From assembly GCA_044347345.1 (NCBI GenBank), contig JBIKUX010000005.1:47228-111227 (forward strand): a stretch of 64,000 bases of DNA, read 5' to 3'. Origin of the DNA: Bdellovibrionota bacterium (GTDB lineage Bacteria > Bdellovibrionota_C > UBA2361 > JBIKUX01). Below, piece by piece: positions 10,683 to 20,312 of the stretch (its first letter is position 1; every line of letters begins with the position of its first letter). Both the position numbers and the translations under genes were made by a program. The notes under the pieces are model-generated. The model searched no databases. It was not told where the DNA came from and saw only the letters and a program-made list of their open reading frames with translations.

Positions 10683-10931
10683 TTGCTCACTACAATTTTA
10701 AAATTGATTGCGGAGGAGAAGGTGGAAACTGTGCAAAAACTACAAGAGCTATCTAATAGAATAGAGCATCTGCAATCTTTAGCTGATTGGGTAACTCGAG
10801 AAACAACTCATAGCGATAATGCAGTATCACAAACAGCTACCCTAATCACGGTTTTAGCTGAGGATATAAGAGAGAGAGTATATGAAGTAGTACGCGAATG
10901 TGAGGAATATACGGCTCTTCACGTTCAGTAG
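10683..10931 (+). CDS. Small helical hypothetical protein (start probably GTG 10722)
   Basis: GGAGGAG RBS just before GTG 10722; amphipathic helical sequence; fits the gap before purQ. Confidence 0.6.
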   Translation: MLTTILKLIAEEKVETVQKLQELSNRIEHLQSLADWVTRETTHSDNAVSQTATLITVLAEDIRERVYEVVRECEEYTALHVQ

Positions 10932-10939
10932 TAAGCCAG

Positions 10940-11722
10940 TTACATGATGGAACGTAGAATTTGAAGCCCTGAGTCGCCGCCTATCCATCCTACTAGAGGC
11001 TCAGCGGCTCGCTCCGGGTGTGGCATCAATCCGACTACATTTCTTTGAACATTACAAATACCAGCAATACTTTCAGTTGAACCATTTGGATTACTAGTTC
11101 GACTATTTTCACAAACTTCGCCGTCACTACCAACGTATCTAAAAACTATCTGACTATTTAATTTGAGACTGGCTAGAGTGTCTGGCGGAGCAAAGTAGTT
11201 GCCTTGAAAGTGTGCTACCGGACATTTAATTACTGTGCCTTCACGAACAATTCGGGTAAACGGGGTAGATGACTGCTCAATTCTTATATTTACAAACCGA
11301 CTGATGAACCGAGTCGTGACATTTTCCAAAAGCGCTCCGGGCAAGAGCCCTGCTTCGCACAAAATTTGAAATCCATTACATATACCCAAAACAGGGCCAC
11401 CACCTTCAGCAAATTCTTTTACTCGCTGCATAACCGGCGACATTCTAGCTATAGCTCCTGATCTCAGATAATCCCCGTAAGAGAACCCGCCGGGAATCAC
11501 TATTACATTTGAGTCTTTAAGTGAAGTATCTTGATGCCATAGTGAAATCACTTCACATCCAAGAATATCGCGATAAACGTGTATTACATCTCGGTCACAA
11601 TTAGTACCCGGAAAAACCAATACACCTACCCTTAAAGGGAAATTGGGTTTAGTGTAATCGGTAGAGAGTGTATTAGAAGTGCTGGAACAAGAGTCTGTCA
11701 TAAAAATAAGTCCTAACAGCAA
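10940..11722 (-). CDS. purQ: Phosphoribosylformylglycinamidine synthase subunit PurQ
   Basis: FPGTNCD, PGGFSYGDYLR, GICNGFQIL, MPHPER. Confidence 0.97.
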   Translation of the reverse strand: MLLGLIFMTDSCSSTSNTLSTDYTKPNFPLRVGVLVFPGTNCDRDVIHVYRDILGCEVISLWHQDTSLKDSNVIVIPGGFSYGDYLRSGAIARMSPVMQRVKEFAEGGGPVLGICNGFQILCEAGLLPGALLENVTTRFISRFVNIRIEQSSTPFTRIVREGTVIKCPVAHFQGNYFAPPDTLASLKLNSQIVFRYVGSDGEVCENSRTSNPNGSTESIAGICNVQRNVVGLMPHPERAAEPLVGWIGGDSGLQILRSIM

Positions 11723-11723
11723 T

Positions 11724-11975
11724 CTAAACTTTTTTTATCTCATAAGTTTCAATTACTGGATTGCTAAGAAGCGATTCACATAATACCCCAGCCTTATCTA
11801 AAGCATCCTGCTCACTATCAGCTGTCACCGTAAGTTCTATTAGTTTACCAACTCGAATATCGCTTCCTAAAGGTAAATAAGGCGAGTCTCGAAGGCTTTG
11901 TTCAATGGTCTTACCTTGAACATCTAAAACTCCTTCACGGAGCCGCACCAATACTTGTAAACGAAACTCTACCAT
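11724..11975 (-). CDS. purS: FGAM synthase subunit PurS
   Basis: GVLDVQG...RVGK...LLSNPVIE; adjacent to purQ. Confidence 0.93.
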   Translation of the reverse strand: MVEFRLQVLVRLREGVLDVQGKTIEQSLRDSPYLPLGSDIRVGKLIELTVTADSEQDALDKAGVLCESLLSNPVIETYEIKKV

Positions 11976-12028
11976 ATACTCTTTGTTGAATATTTAGTTA
12001 TTAGCCAATTTGAAAGTTATACAATCTC

Positions 12029-13351
12029 TTATTGAGGTTCAAATGTTCGCGCAAAAATCTCCTCAACGTGTAGAAAATGTCGTTCTAATGAAAATACTTT
12101 ACGCAACTCTTCTGGTGTGAGCAAAGAAGATATTGTAGCATCTTTCTCAATTAACTCTTGAAAACTCGCTACATTACCGGCATCCTGAACCGAACCGGCA
12201 TCCCGAGCAGTCAGAGCGTATTTTTGCACTAAAGCATATGCGTCTTCTCTTGACATACCTTTATCAGCGAGACTTATCAACAGAGACCCTGAAAATATGA
12301 GCCCCCCTGTAAGATCGATGTTAGACCTCATCTTGTCATCATGAACAACTAGAGTCTCAATCAAATAAGCTACTCTGGCAAGCGCAAAATCAAGAAGCAC
12401 GCATGCATCAGGAGCAATTATGCGTTCAACAGAGCTATGACTGATATCCCGCTCATGCCATAGAGCGACATTTTCAAGAGCACTGACAGCATAGCCCCTT
12501 ATTAGTCGAGCAAGCCCTGAGACGTTCTCTGAAAGTATCGGATTTTTCTTGTGTGGCATGGCAGAAGAGCCTTTCTGTGCTTTACCAAAGCCCTCCTCTA
12601 CCTCAGCTACTTCAGTTCGCTGCAAATGGCGAATCTCTGTTACCATGCGCTCCAAAGAGCTAGCTATCAAAGCAAGTGACGTAAAATAAGCCGCATGACG
12701 GTCTCTATGAACAATCTGAGATGGAACAAGCTCTGGCGTTAGACCAAACTGTCTTAAGACTTTTGCTTCAACGCTTGGTGACACTGATTGATAAGTGCCA
12801 ACTGCCCCAGCAATTTTCCCCGTAGCTACTTCTTGAGTGGCTTGATTAAAGTGATGTCTTCTCCGAAGTAATTCTGCATAAAACGACGCTAACTTAAGAC
12901 CAAAGGTAGTAGGCTCAGCGTGGATTCCATGACTCCTTCCAATCGTCGGTAAATACTTGTATTCAATGGCTCGGCGATGCAATACGGATAAGAGCTTTTC
13001 AAGCCCTTTATCAAGGAGTGTAGATGCTCGCGTAAGTTGAATTGCAAAAGAAGTATCTAGAAGATCGCTTGAGGTCATTCCTCGATGAAGAAATCTTGCT
13101 GGCTGACCAGCCTGCTCAGCTATAGCGGTAAGAAAGGCGATAACATCGTGCTTAACCTCGGCCTCAATCTCAACAATGCGCTCAATATCAATTTTAGCTT
13201 TGCCTCTAATCTGAGAAGCTGCCCCCTGTGGAGCAACTCCCTCTTCTTCCATGGCCTGAAGCGCCGCAAGCTCCACATCAAGCCAAATCTGATACTTGGT
13301 TTCTTCTGACCAAATAGCCACCATTTCAGGGCGAGAATACCGCTTAATCAT
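12029..13351 (-). CDS. purB: Adenylosuccinate lyase
   Basis: MIKRY, KHDVIAF, GRSHGIHAEPTTFG, GSSAMPHKKNP. Confidence 0.97.
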   Translation of the reverse strand: MIKRYSRPEMVAIWSEETKYQIWLDVELAALQAMEEEGVAPQGAASQIRGKAKIDIERIVEIEAEVKHDVIAFLTAIAEQAGQPARFLHRGMTSSDLLDTSFAIQLTRASTLLDKGLEKLLSVLHRRAIEYKYLPTIGRSHGIHAEPTTFGLKLASFYAELLRRRHHFNQATQEVATGKIAGAVGTYQSVSPSVEAKVLRQFGLTPELVPSQIVHRDRHAAYFTSLALIASSLERMVTEIRHLQRTEVAEVEEGFGKAQKGSSAMPHKKNPILSENVSGLARLIRGYAVSALENVALWHERDISHSSVERIIAPDACVLLDFALARVAYLIETLVVHDDKMRSNIDLTGGLIFSGSLLISLADKGMSREDAYALVQKYALTARDAGSVQDAGNVASFQELIEKDATISSLLTPEELRKVFSLERHFLHVEEIFARTFEPQ

Positions 13352-13543
13352 TGATTCGTAGACCTACAGTTTTGTAACAACTTCCAGAAAAATCCTAGAG
13401 CCACCAAAAAAACTCTAAGCCTCGCTGGAAAGTAACACATTCATTAGAGGGTAACACTGTTTTTTGAAATTAAACCCGTCTTTTGAAATATAAACTATGG
13501 CCGTACAAAAAACCAATCCCTGAGCATATAATCTTAGAGTTTT

Positions 13544-13744
13544 TCAGGATCTACTATCTAATAAAAAGTAGAGCAAAAATATCTCACTAATCATAACTGT
13601 AATTCCAGTCATTGATAGAAAAAACGCATCCCCATACACCGAAACGTTTAGAATTGAGTAAAGAGCTCCAAAAGCAAGAACTGCTTCAGCTAATCGCGCT
13701 CTGATACCAACAAAAAATACCTTAAATTTACTTTCTGTTTTCAC
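13544..13744 (-). CDS. Small two-TM membrane protein
   Basis: 66 aa with two hydrophobic segments; purine-rich RBS-like sequence upstream. Confidence 0.45.
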   Translation of the reverse strand: MKTESKFKVFFVGIRARLAEAVLAFGALYSILNVSVYGDAFFLSMTGITVMISEIFLLYFLLDSRS

Positions 13745-13897
13745 GTCACTAACTAAGCCCCCTTTTTTCGCTTAGAGGTTATCATGAACCGCTAATAGCT
13801 CATGCTTAGCACAACCTGCTAAACAACCGTTAAACAAAAATAAAAGAGGCTATATTTAACTTAAAATGAAACAATTATTAGAATATTTAGGTATTAT

Positions 13898-14104
13898 TTA
13901 TTGGGGAATATTATTTTTAGTCATCCATTCTTGGAGGTTTGCTTGAGTAAACGTCCAGCCCCGCGGCGGTGGCGTGCCCGCACGGTTTCTATAAGAACTA
14001 TAGGCATCATAAAGCGCTCTAGCGTCATTTTGAGTGATACTCAACGCGGCATTTGCACTATGACTAAGATCATCCATCCCCGTCGGCCAATTAAGGGAAA
14101 ACAT
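13898..14104 (-). CDS. Small hypothetical protein or gene remnant
   Basis: 68-aa ORF, protein-like composition, co-oriented with neighbours. Confidence 0.35.
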   Translation of the reverse strand: MFSLNWPTGMDDLSHSANAALSITQNDARALYDAYSSYRNRAGTPPPRGWTFTQANLQEWMTKNNIPQ

Positions 14105-14136
14105 AGTTCTTATGAAATTGTAGTGCTCCAGTAATT

Positions 14137-14157
14137 TAGTTACTAGCTCAGTAACTA
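14137..14157. terminator. Inverted repeat, possible terminator after the wcaJ operon
   Basis: TAGTTACT-agctc-AGTAACTA, about 50 nt downstream of the wcaJ stop; no clear U-tract. Confidence 0.3.
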
Positions 14158-14204
14158 GTCGCGGTTAATTAAAGTTTAATTCCAAAAAAACTAGATAATT
14201 TATT

Positions 14205-15614
14205 TTAATAAGCGTTTTTTCCTTTAAGGCCTTGGAATAATGTTAAAAATAAAATTTTTATATCTAATAACAGTGACCAATTCTGAATATAAAATAAGTC
14301 ACATTCTATTCTTTGGTCGATAGAAGTGTCCCCTCTCCAGCCATTTACTTGTGCCCAGCCAGTAATGCCAGCTGGGACTTTGTGTCTTAACATATACTTA
14401 GGTATTCGCTTTCGAAATTCTCTAATAAATACCGGCCTTTCAGGACGAGGACCTACAAAAGACATGTCACCCTGCAAAACATTTATAATTTGTGGAATTT
14501 CATCGAGGCTGTAGCGCCTTAAAAATCTGCCAAGAGGCATAATCCGGTTATCTCCCTCTTTTGTCCATCCTGGTCCATTTATCTCCGCATCAAGCGCCAT
14601 GGTACGAAATTTTAGGATTGAAAAAGGGGTACCATCAAGACTCACTCTTTCTTGAGCGTAAAATATTGGGCCTTTAGAAGTCAGCTTTATGAGAAGAGCA
14701 ATAAAACTACATATGGGGATACTAACCAGACCAACAATCAATGCTAGAGTAATATCAAAGATTCTTTTAATTACTCTCCCCTTTCCATCTAAGGGCGTAG
14801 TCTGGACATTTAAAACAGGGATTCCCTCAAATTCCTCTATTGCACCTGCAAGAGAAATAAACTGATAGTGATCAGGTACTATCTTTACCTCAGCCATCGT
14901 TTGTCTGGTGCTCTCCATAACAGCCGGCAGATAGCTATGATCCTCTAATGGAAGTGCCACGATAACTTGGTCAACCTGGATTGAGGAAAGATACCTCATC
15001 AAGTCACCGTCACCGTAACCGCCAATAATTGGGATACCGCACGGACCGTCTGCTAAAGTTGCTTGCCGTGCAAAACATCCAACTATTTGTAGACCAAGCT
15101 CTGTATGATTCTGACATCTAACGATTATATCCTGCGCAGCTCTACCGGTGCCAATAACCACGACGTAGCGTAAATTATAACCTTTTCTCCTTATTTCGCG
15201 CAGTACAGCTCTAAATAAAGACCTCTCAACGATGGTAAATATGGTGGCTAATACCCAAAAATAGGCAAATACCAGACGAGAAAATGGCACTGTTTTTTCA
15301 CGAAAAAGGTAAACTACCGCTAAAAAAAGGAGGATTGCTAAGCTATTTCCTTGTAAAAGAAGCCACCTTTCTTTTCCGCGCCTAGCTCCCCTCATAGGTT
15401 GATAAAGCCCGAGACGTCCAAAAACTATAGGCCAAATAAATAATATAAAAACGGTAAGTGAAAGATAGTTAGCAATTGGCGGGACGCCTTTCTCAACTGG
15501 AAATATCTCTAAATCAAACCTTAACCAGTAAGCACAAATCCAAGCGATTGAAACCACCAATAAATCGGCCAAACCGAGGAGTACTTCAAAAAATTGTCTT
15601 TGCTCTCGAAGCAT
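14205..15614 (-). CDS. wcaJ: Undecaprenyl-phosphate glucose phosphotransferase (priming glycosyltransferase)
   Basis: 4 N-terminal TMs, CoA-binding-like domain, KFRTM, SLDEIPQ, GDMSFVGPRPE, GITGWAQVNG. Confidence 0.92.
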   Translation of the reverse strand: MLREQRQFFEVLLGLADLLVVSIAWICAYWLRFDLEIFPVEKGVPPIANYLSLTVFILFIWPIVFGRLGLYQPMRGARRGKERWLLLQGNSLAILLFLAVVYLFREKTVPFSRLVFAYFWVLATIFTIVERSLFRAVLREIRRKGYNLRYVVVIGTGRAAQDIIVRCQNHTELGLQIVGCFARQATLADGPCGIPIIGGYGDGDLMRYLSSIQVDQVIVALPLEDHSYLPAVMESTRQTMAEVKIVPDHYQFISLAGAIEEFEGIPVLNVQTTPLDGKGRVIKRIFDITLALIVGLVSIPICSFIALLIKLTSKGPIFYAQERVSLDGTPFSILKFRTMALDAEINGPGWTKEGDNRIMPLGRFLRRYSLDEIPQIINVLQGDMSFVGPRPERPVFIREFRKRIPKYMLRHKVPAGITGWAQVNGWRGDTSIDQRIECDLFYIQNWSLLLDIKILFLTLFQGLKGKNAY

Positions 15615-15639
15615 AGATTTTACTTAATAAGTGAATTTT

Positions 15640-16827
15640 CTAGTTAAATTCTTTTAATAACATTCTATGCCATTCGTGAAAAAACCGCTCAGGAGAAAAC
15701 TGCCGAGAACGCTCTATGCAAGCAGAAGTAGATATATGCCCTTCTGCTTGCTCGATAAAATAACGTATCGCTACAATAAGGTGTTCAACACAAACTCTGC
15801 CCACTTTTGCATTAAGTGACGCTCTAGGCATCAGTACTCCGGTAGTTAAAGGATTAAACGGGGGAGATGTACCAGGAGCTACACCAATTACGCTCTCAGC
15901 TACTCCACCTCTATTGACACCAATTACCGGGCGACCAGCCGCCATCACCTCTACTGGTATCATGCCAAAATCTTCAATTGCCGGAAAAACCAAGGCACGT
16001 GAAAGACCGTAAACTTCAGCTAGCTCATTATCGCTAATACGACCAAAAAATGTGATGTTTTTCTTTGCTACTGACCTTAAAACCTTGGCATCTGGCCCAT
16101 CACCTACCACCCAAAGTGGCAAACCTAAAGTGTTAAATGCCTCAATAACTACCTGAGCTCCCTTATAAGGAACTAATGCCCCTGCAAAGAGAAAAGCTTC
16201 ACCTTGTTTCGGTTTGGTAGTACTCGGCTCTAGATTTACAGCCTCTAAATTTACCGGGGATTTGATCCAAGATGTATCCACAGGCGGATAAATTACTGAA
16301 GAATTCCTGCGATAAAAGCACCTGGCTCTGGCAGAAACAAATCTGCTTATAGACACAAGCTCATCTACTTTGGTACTACCGTTAAAATCCCACCTGCGAA
16401 GTGGTGCCAAAATTGGCCACAAAATATGCGAAGCGCACCGACCAAAATAAGCTTGTACTTGATCCCAGATGTACCTCATTGGTGTGAAAAGATACACTAT
16501 GTGGCGGGTTCCATGAGGTACTTTAACATTTTTTGCGGCCGCATGACTTAAAGATATCACTACATCATATTTGCCCGGCTCGATATTTATCGAGCGAACA
16601 GCTAGGGGAAATAATGGCAATAAACATCGGTAATATCTTTCAATTCTTGGAAGTTGTTGCAACCATGAAGTACCCCGCACATGCTCGTCTATCAATGAGC
16701 TCGTAGCACCTGGAAGATGAAAAAGCGAGTAAACGTGAGCGTCTGGAAATAGCGTCAAAAACTGCTCTAGGCAACGCTCTCCTCCTCGCATTCCGGTAAG
16801 CCAATCATGTATTAGTGCTACTCGCAT
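15640..16827 (-). CDS. Glycosyltransferase family 4
   Basis: HDWLTGMRGGE; EDFGMIPVEVMAAG (EX7E). Confidence 0.92.
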   Translation of the reverse strand: MRVALIHDWLTGMRGGERCLEQFLTLFPDAHVYSLFHLPGATSSLIDEHVRGTSWLQQLPRIERYYRCLLPLFPLAVRSINIEPGKYDVVISLSHAAAKNVKVPHGTRHIVYLFTPMRYIWDQVQAYFGRCASHILWPILAPLRRWDFNGSTKVDELVSISRFVSARARCFYRRNSSVIYPPVDTSWIKSPVNLEAVNLEPSTTKPKQGEAFLFAGALVPYKGAQVVIEAFNTLGLPLWVVGDGPDAKVLRSVAKKNITFFGRISDNELAEVYGLSRALVFPAIEDFGMIPVEVMAAGRPVIGVNRGGVAESVIGVAPGTSPPFNPLTTGVLMPRASLNAKVGRVCVEHLIVAIRYFIEQAEGHISTSACIERSRQFSPERFFHEWHRMLLKEFN

Positions 16828-16872
16828 TAAAAATTACCAAATAAAAATAGAAATAACCTGCCCTTACCGAGA

Positions 16873-18129
16873 CTATACAATTTGTAGTGCTGATTCATAC
16901 ACTCTTAAGGTCTGCTCCGATACAGAAGCAATGGAAAATCGTAATGAAGGAGGTTCTGGTACAGAGTCGCTGACCCAAGCACTAGCCAGAGCATCAGCTA
17001 GAGAAGAACTAGAAAAATCTCTCGCTACAGTATCTGCCTTCCCAAGCAGTTCAGTTATTGCTGGAACAGGTGTTGTCACTACCGGTACTCCAGCCGCATG
17101 CGCCTCAAGAACTGGAATACAAAACCCTTCTACGGTTGATCCCACCAAAAGTAATCTAGCTTTTTGATACAGGTGTTCAAACAAGTCAGATGGCAGAGCA
17201 CCATAAATTTTAATTATGCCCTTAGCACATGCATTATCAACAGCACTTAGTAAGGAGGGCGAAAGCTGCCTTCTCCATCCGTCATCTTTAAAGGCATACC
17301 CTGCCAAAGTAAGTGCGGCAGGAGAAGATAACGATGATGTGGTAGTAGAACACGCTGGCTCTAATAAACCACTATTTTTAGCCATTAAAAATGCTTCAAT
17401 AATTCTAGTTACCCCTTTATGAGGCTTACAATTTGATAAAACGGCAAGAATATCCGAGCGCTCTCTGAGAGGATAACCTCTAACAGCGCTATCATTATTA
17501 TCATCACCATCCGTGCTCCCATCTTTTTTAGCCGTACTGGCACAATTACCTTTATTTTTTGTCCATTCAATTTTTTCTGCTACTGAGCTTGGAGCGGCAT
17601 TAGGTATGAGATTAATTCTACGGCCACTAAAAGAAAAACTCCTACTGAGAGAACTCAATGTTTTTCTACTTGCTTCGCTCACTGTAATTATTTCATTTGC
17701 ACAAAATAGCGACCGAAGTAGTACAGGGCCTGTAATGAAGGGATAATACCACCGTTCAGGTGCTGAAAGATGAATAATATCGTGGATAGTAACTACTGAA
17801 GGTATTTGCATTCGAATTGGCAAAGGATAATGTGGGGTATGAAAGAGGTCCCACTGATTAGCAGTTATCTCTCTACCTAATTGCCAAAATTCTCCTAAAG
17901 AATAAGGACGATGAGATGTAGTTACGATGTTAACAGAGCGTTTACTAAATAACTCAGTGTATCCTTTCTCAGTGTGTTTTTTCTCAGTGTGTTTGTTGAC
18001 GAGAAGCGTCAAAGATACCCGAGCAAGGCATAAAGTGTTTGTAGTTAACCCTTCAATCAAACGCTCAAGATAAACCCCTATTCCACCATCACCTAGCTTT
18101 CTTGCATCAAGGAGTAAACGGATTTTCAA
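16873..18129 (-). CDS. Glycosyltransferase family 4
   Basis: GGIGVY, VVTIHD, KPHKG, EGFCIPVLE. Confidence 0.88.
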   Translation of the reverse strand: MKIRLLLDARKLGDGGIGVYLERLIEGLTTNTLCLARVSLTLLVNKHTEKKHTEKGYTELFSKRSVNIVTTSHRPYSLGEFWQLGREITANQWDLFHTPHYPLPIRMQIPSVVTIHDIIHLSAPERWYYPFITGPVLLRSLFCANEIITVSEASRKTLSSLSRSFSFSGRRINLIPNAAPSSVAEKIEWTKNKGNCASTAKKDGSTDGDDNNDSAVRGYPLRERSDILAVLSNCKPHKGVTRIIEAFLMAKNSGLLEPACSTTTSSLSSPAALTLAGYAFKDDGWRRQLSPSLLSAVDNACAKGIIKIYGALPSDLFEHLYQKARLLLVGSTVEGFCIPVLEAHAAGVPVVTTPVPAITELLGKADTVARDFSSSSLADALASAWVSDSVPEPPSLRFSIASVSEQTLRVYESALQIV

Positions 18130-18171
18130 GACTCAAACCTAACTTAAAATGCCAGCTTATTTACCAATTAA

Positions 18172-19203
18172 CTAGTCGTTTACCGCTTGAGCAGAAGATG
18201 CTTGAGCCGAGGATATAGCTACAACGGTTTTATCATCTTCTACACCTTGACGATGAACATTTCTAACTACGTAAGTCCGGCGCTGTTGCGACTCATAATA
18301 GGTACGAGCCAACATTTCAGCTAAAAGCCCAAACACCAAGAATTGTAAGCCCATTAAGCAAAGCATCACTCCAAGTGATAAAAGCGGCCTGTTACCCATG
18401 GGAACATTTTGTACGAGCCGCTGCCAAGTCAAAAAAAACAGGAGAGCTATACCGCCACTACCCATAAATAGCCCTACACTACCAAATAAGTGGATGGGTC
18501 GTTTTGAGTATCCGAGAAGGAATTTTACAGTGATAAGATCAAGAATAACTCGCACTGTTCTGGAAATACCATACTTAGAGACCCCGTGCTGTCTTTCTCT
18601 ATGATTAACCGGCACCTCAACGATACGCGCTCCCAGCTCGTCAGCAAGAGCTGGAATAAATCTGTGCATCTCACCATAAAGCCGAATGCCGCGAGCAATA
18701 TCACCTCGCATTACTTTTAACGTGCAGCCGTAATCATGAAGATGAACCTTAGTTATAAAGGATATTAATCTGTTAGCTATCAGGCTGGGCACCTTACGAC
18801 TGATTAGGCGATCTTTGCGGTGTTTTCTCCATCCCGCTACCAAATCAGCACCACCTCTTAAAATCTCAACCATTTTCGGAATCTCTTTTGGGTCGTTTTG
18901 AAGATCACCATCAAGAGATACCACCGTTTCGTAGCGTGTATAATAAAAACCAGCGGCCATAGCGGCGGTTTGACCAAAATTGCGCCGAAACTCAACAACA
19001 ACCACAGATTTATCGACCTTAGCGACCTCAAGTAATCGCGTAAGAGTACGATCTGAGGACCCATCATCAACAAAAATGATCTCATAAGGTTCTGCTAATG
19101 ACTTAAGCACGTCACGAACCTCTTTATAGCAGTCAAACACATTGTCTTCCTCGTTATACACGGGAATTACTGCTGATATTCCTCGAGGCTCTAGTACCGA
19201 CAT
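18172..19203 (-). CDS. Glycosyltransferase family 2 (ArnC/polyprenol-phosphate sugar synthase-like)
   Basis: IPVYNEE, VDDGSSD, NFGQTAA, DGDLQNDP, two C-terminal TMs. Confidence 0.93.
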   Translation of the reverse strand: MSVLEPRGISAVIPVYNEEDNVFDCYKEVRDVLKSLAEPYEIIFVDDGSSDRTLTRLLEVAKVDKSVVVVEFRRNFGQTAAMAAGFYYTRYETVVSLDGDLQNDPKEIPKMVEILRGGADLVAGWRKHRKDRLISRKVPSLIANRLISFITKVHLHDYGCTLKVMRGDIARGIRLYGEMHRFIPALADELGARIVEVPVNHRERQHGVSKYGISRTVRVILDLITVKFLLGYSKRPIHLFGSVGLFMGSGGIALLFFLTWQRLVQNVPMGNRPLLSLGVMLCLMGLQFLVFGLLAEMLARTYYESQQRRTYVVRNVHRQGVEDDKTVVAISSAQASSAQAVND

Positions 19204-19424
19204 AGAAAATTCTCATTAGTTAGTATGTAGTGTAAACAAATATTTACATCTATTATAAAGTTTAAGTGATACTCAAACGTAATGGTAATATATCTTAAAA
19301 GTTTCTCATATACCGACAGCTCTAACCTTTGTATCTTCTGTTAGTACCAGACCAAGAGCTATCCTTTCTAAGTAGGTTTAATTCATCTAACGAAGTTAAT
19401 GTTTTTTAAGCAGGTAACGTATAC

Positions 19425-20282
19425 GTGTTTCCCACAATTATTTTAGCTGGTGTAGCGATATTTTTCTCAACCTCATATCTAGTAATTAAATCAACAAATT
19501 TGCCAGCGGTTACTTTTGCTTTATTTCGTGGTCTAGTGCCAACTATTCTTCTATGGTCTATTCCATCTGTAAGATCTGAGATCAAACGAAATTACTCCCT
19601 ACCCTTAATTTCACTCGGATTTTTAACAGCGCTTAGAATTTTTGCTTGGATCTCAGCGGCAAAACTTGCACCAATGGGGCTTGCATCAGTTGTGCTTTTT
19701 GTTTGGCCGGTATTTTTTGTTCTAGCAGATTCAATACGCCGCAAATCACCACCATCTTATACGGAATTTGGTGGAGCGCTTTGTGCATTTTTAGGGATAG
19801 CGATTGCTAGAGTAGGATTTCCAAGAGCTCTAACTACAGATGAATTTTTAGGATTAGTGCTAATATTTTTTGTCGCCATAGGCAATACATTTGTTTTGAT
19901 GGTTAACCGTTCTTTACAAAATCGAATTTCACCAGAGGTATTGCTATTTTATGACACAGCTCTAGTAGGGTTAATATTTCTCCCCTTTGCTGCTGAACCC
20001 ATTATTGCCGCATCTTGGCAAGATTTAAAGATGGCTCTTTTTTTTGGATTTGCTTATGGCTGCCTAGGTTGGTACCTGATGTTTCGTATCACCCAAACAC
20101 TTCCAGCTCACATTACTGCGTTTGTAATGTATCTTGAACCAGCCGCAGCGATTGTCTTTGGTTGGCTGTTTCTTGATGAGCCTCTTACTTTTATCACCAT
20201 CTTGGGAGGTCTTCTTTTAGCTTGTGGGGGCGTAATAACAAAACTACACTCTATTAAAAGTCTGGGCTCTGCCTCCAAGTAA
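19425..20282 (+). CDS. DMT/EamA-family transporter
   Basis: About 10 TMs in two repeats; YLEPAAAIVFGWLFLDE. Confidence 0.88.
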   Translation: MFPTIILAGVAIFFSTSYLVIKSTNLPAVTFALFRGLVPTILLWSIPSVRSEIKRNYSLPLISLGFLTALRIFAWISAAKLAPMGLASVVLFVWPVFFVLADSIRRKSPPSYTEFGGALCAFLGIAIARVGFPRALTTDEFLGLVLIFFVAIGNTFVLMVNRSLQNRISPEVLLFYDTALVGLIFLPFAAEPIIAASWQDLKMALFFGFAYGCLGWYLMFRITQTLPAHITAFVMYLEPAAAIVFGWLFLDEPLTFITILGGLLLACGGVITKLHSIKSLGSASK

Positions 20283-20312
20283 AATACCCCCAAGTAAAGT
20301 AAGAGTAGATAA

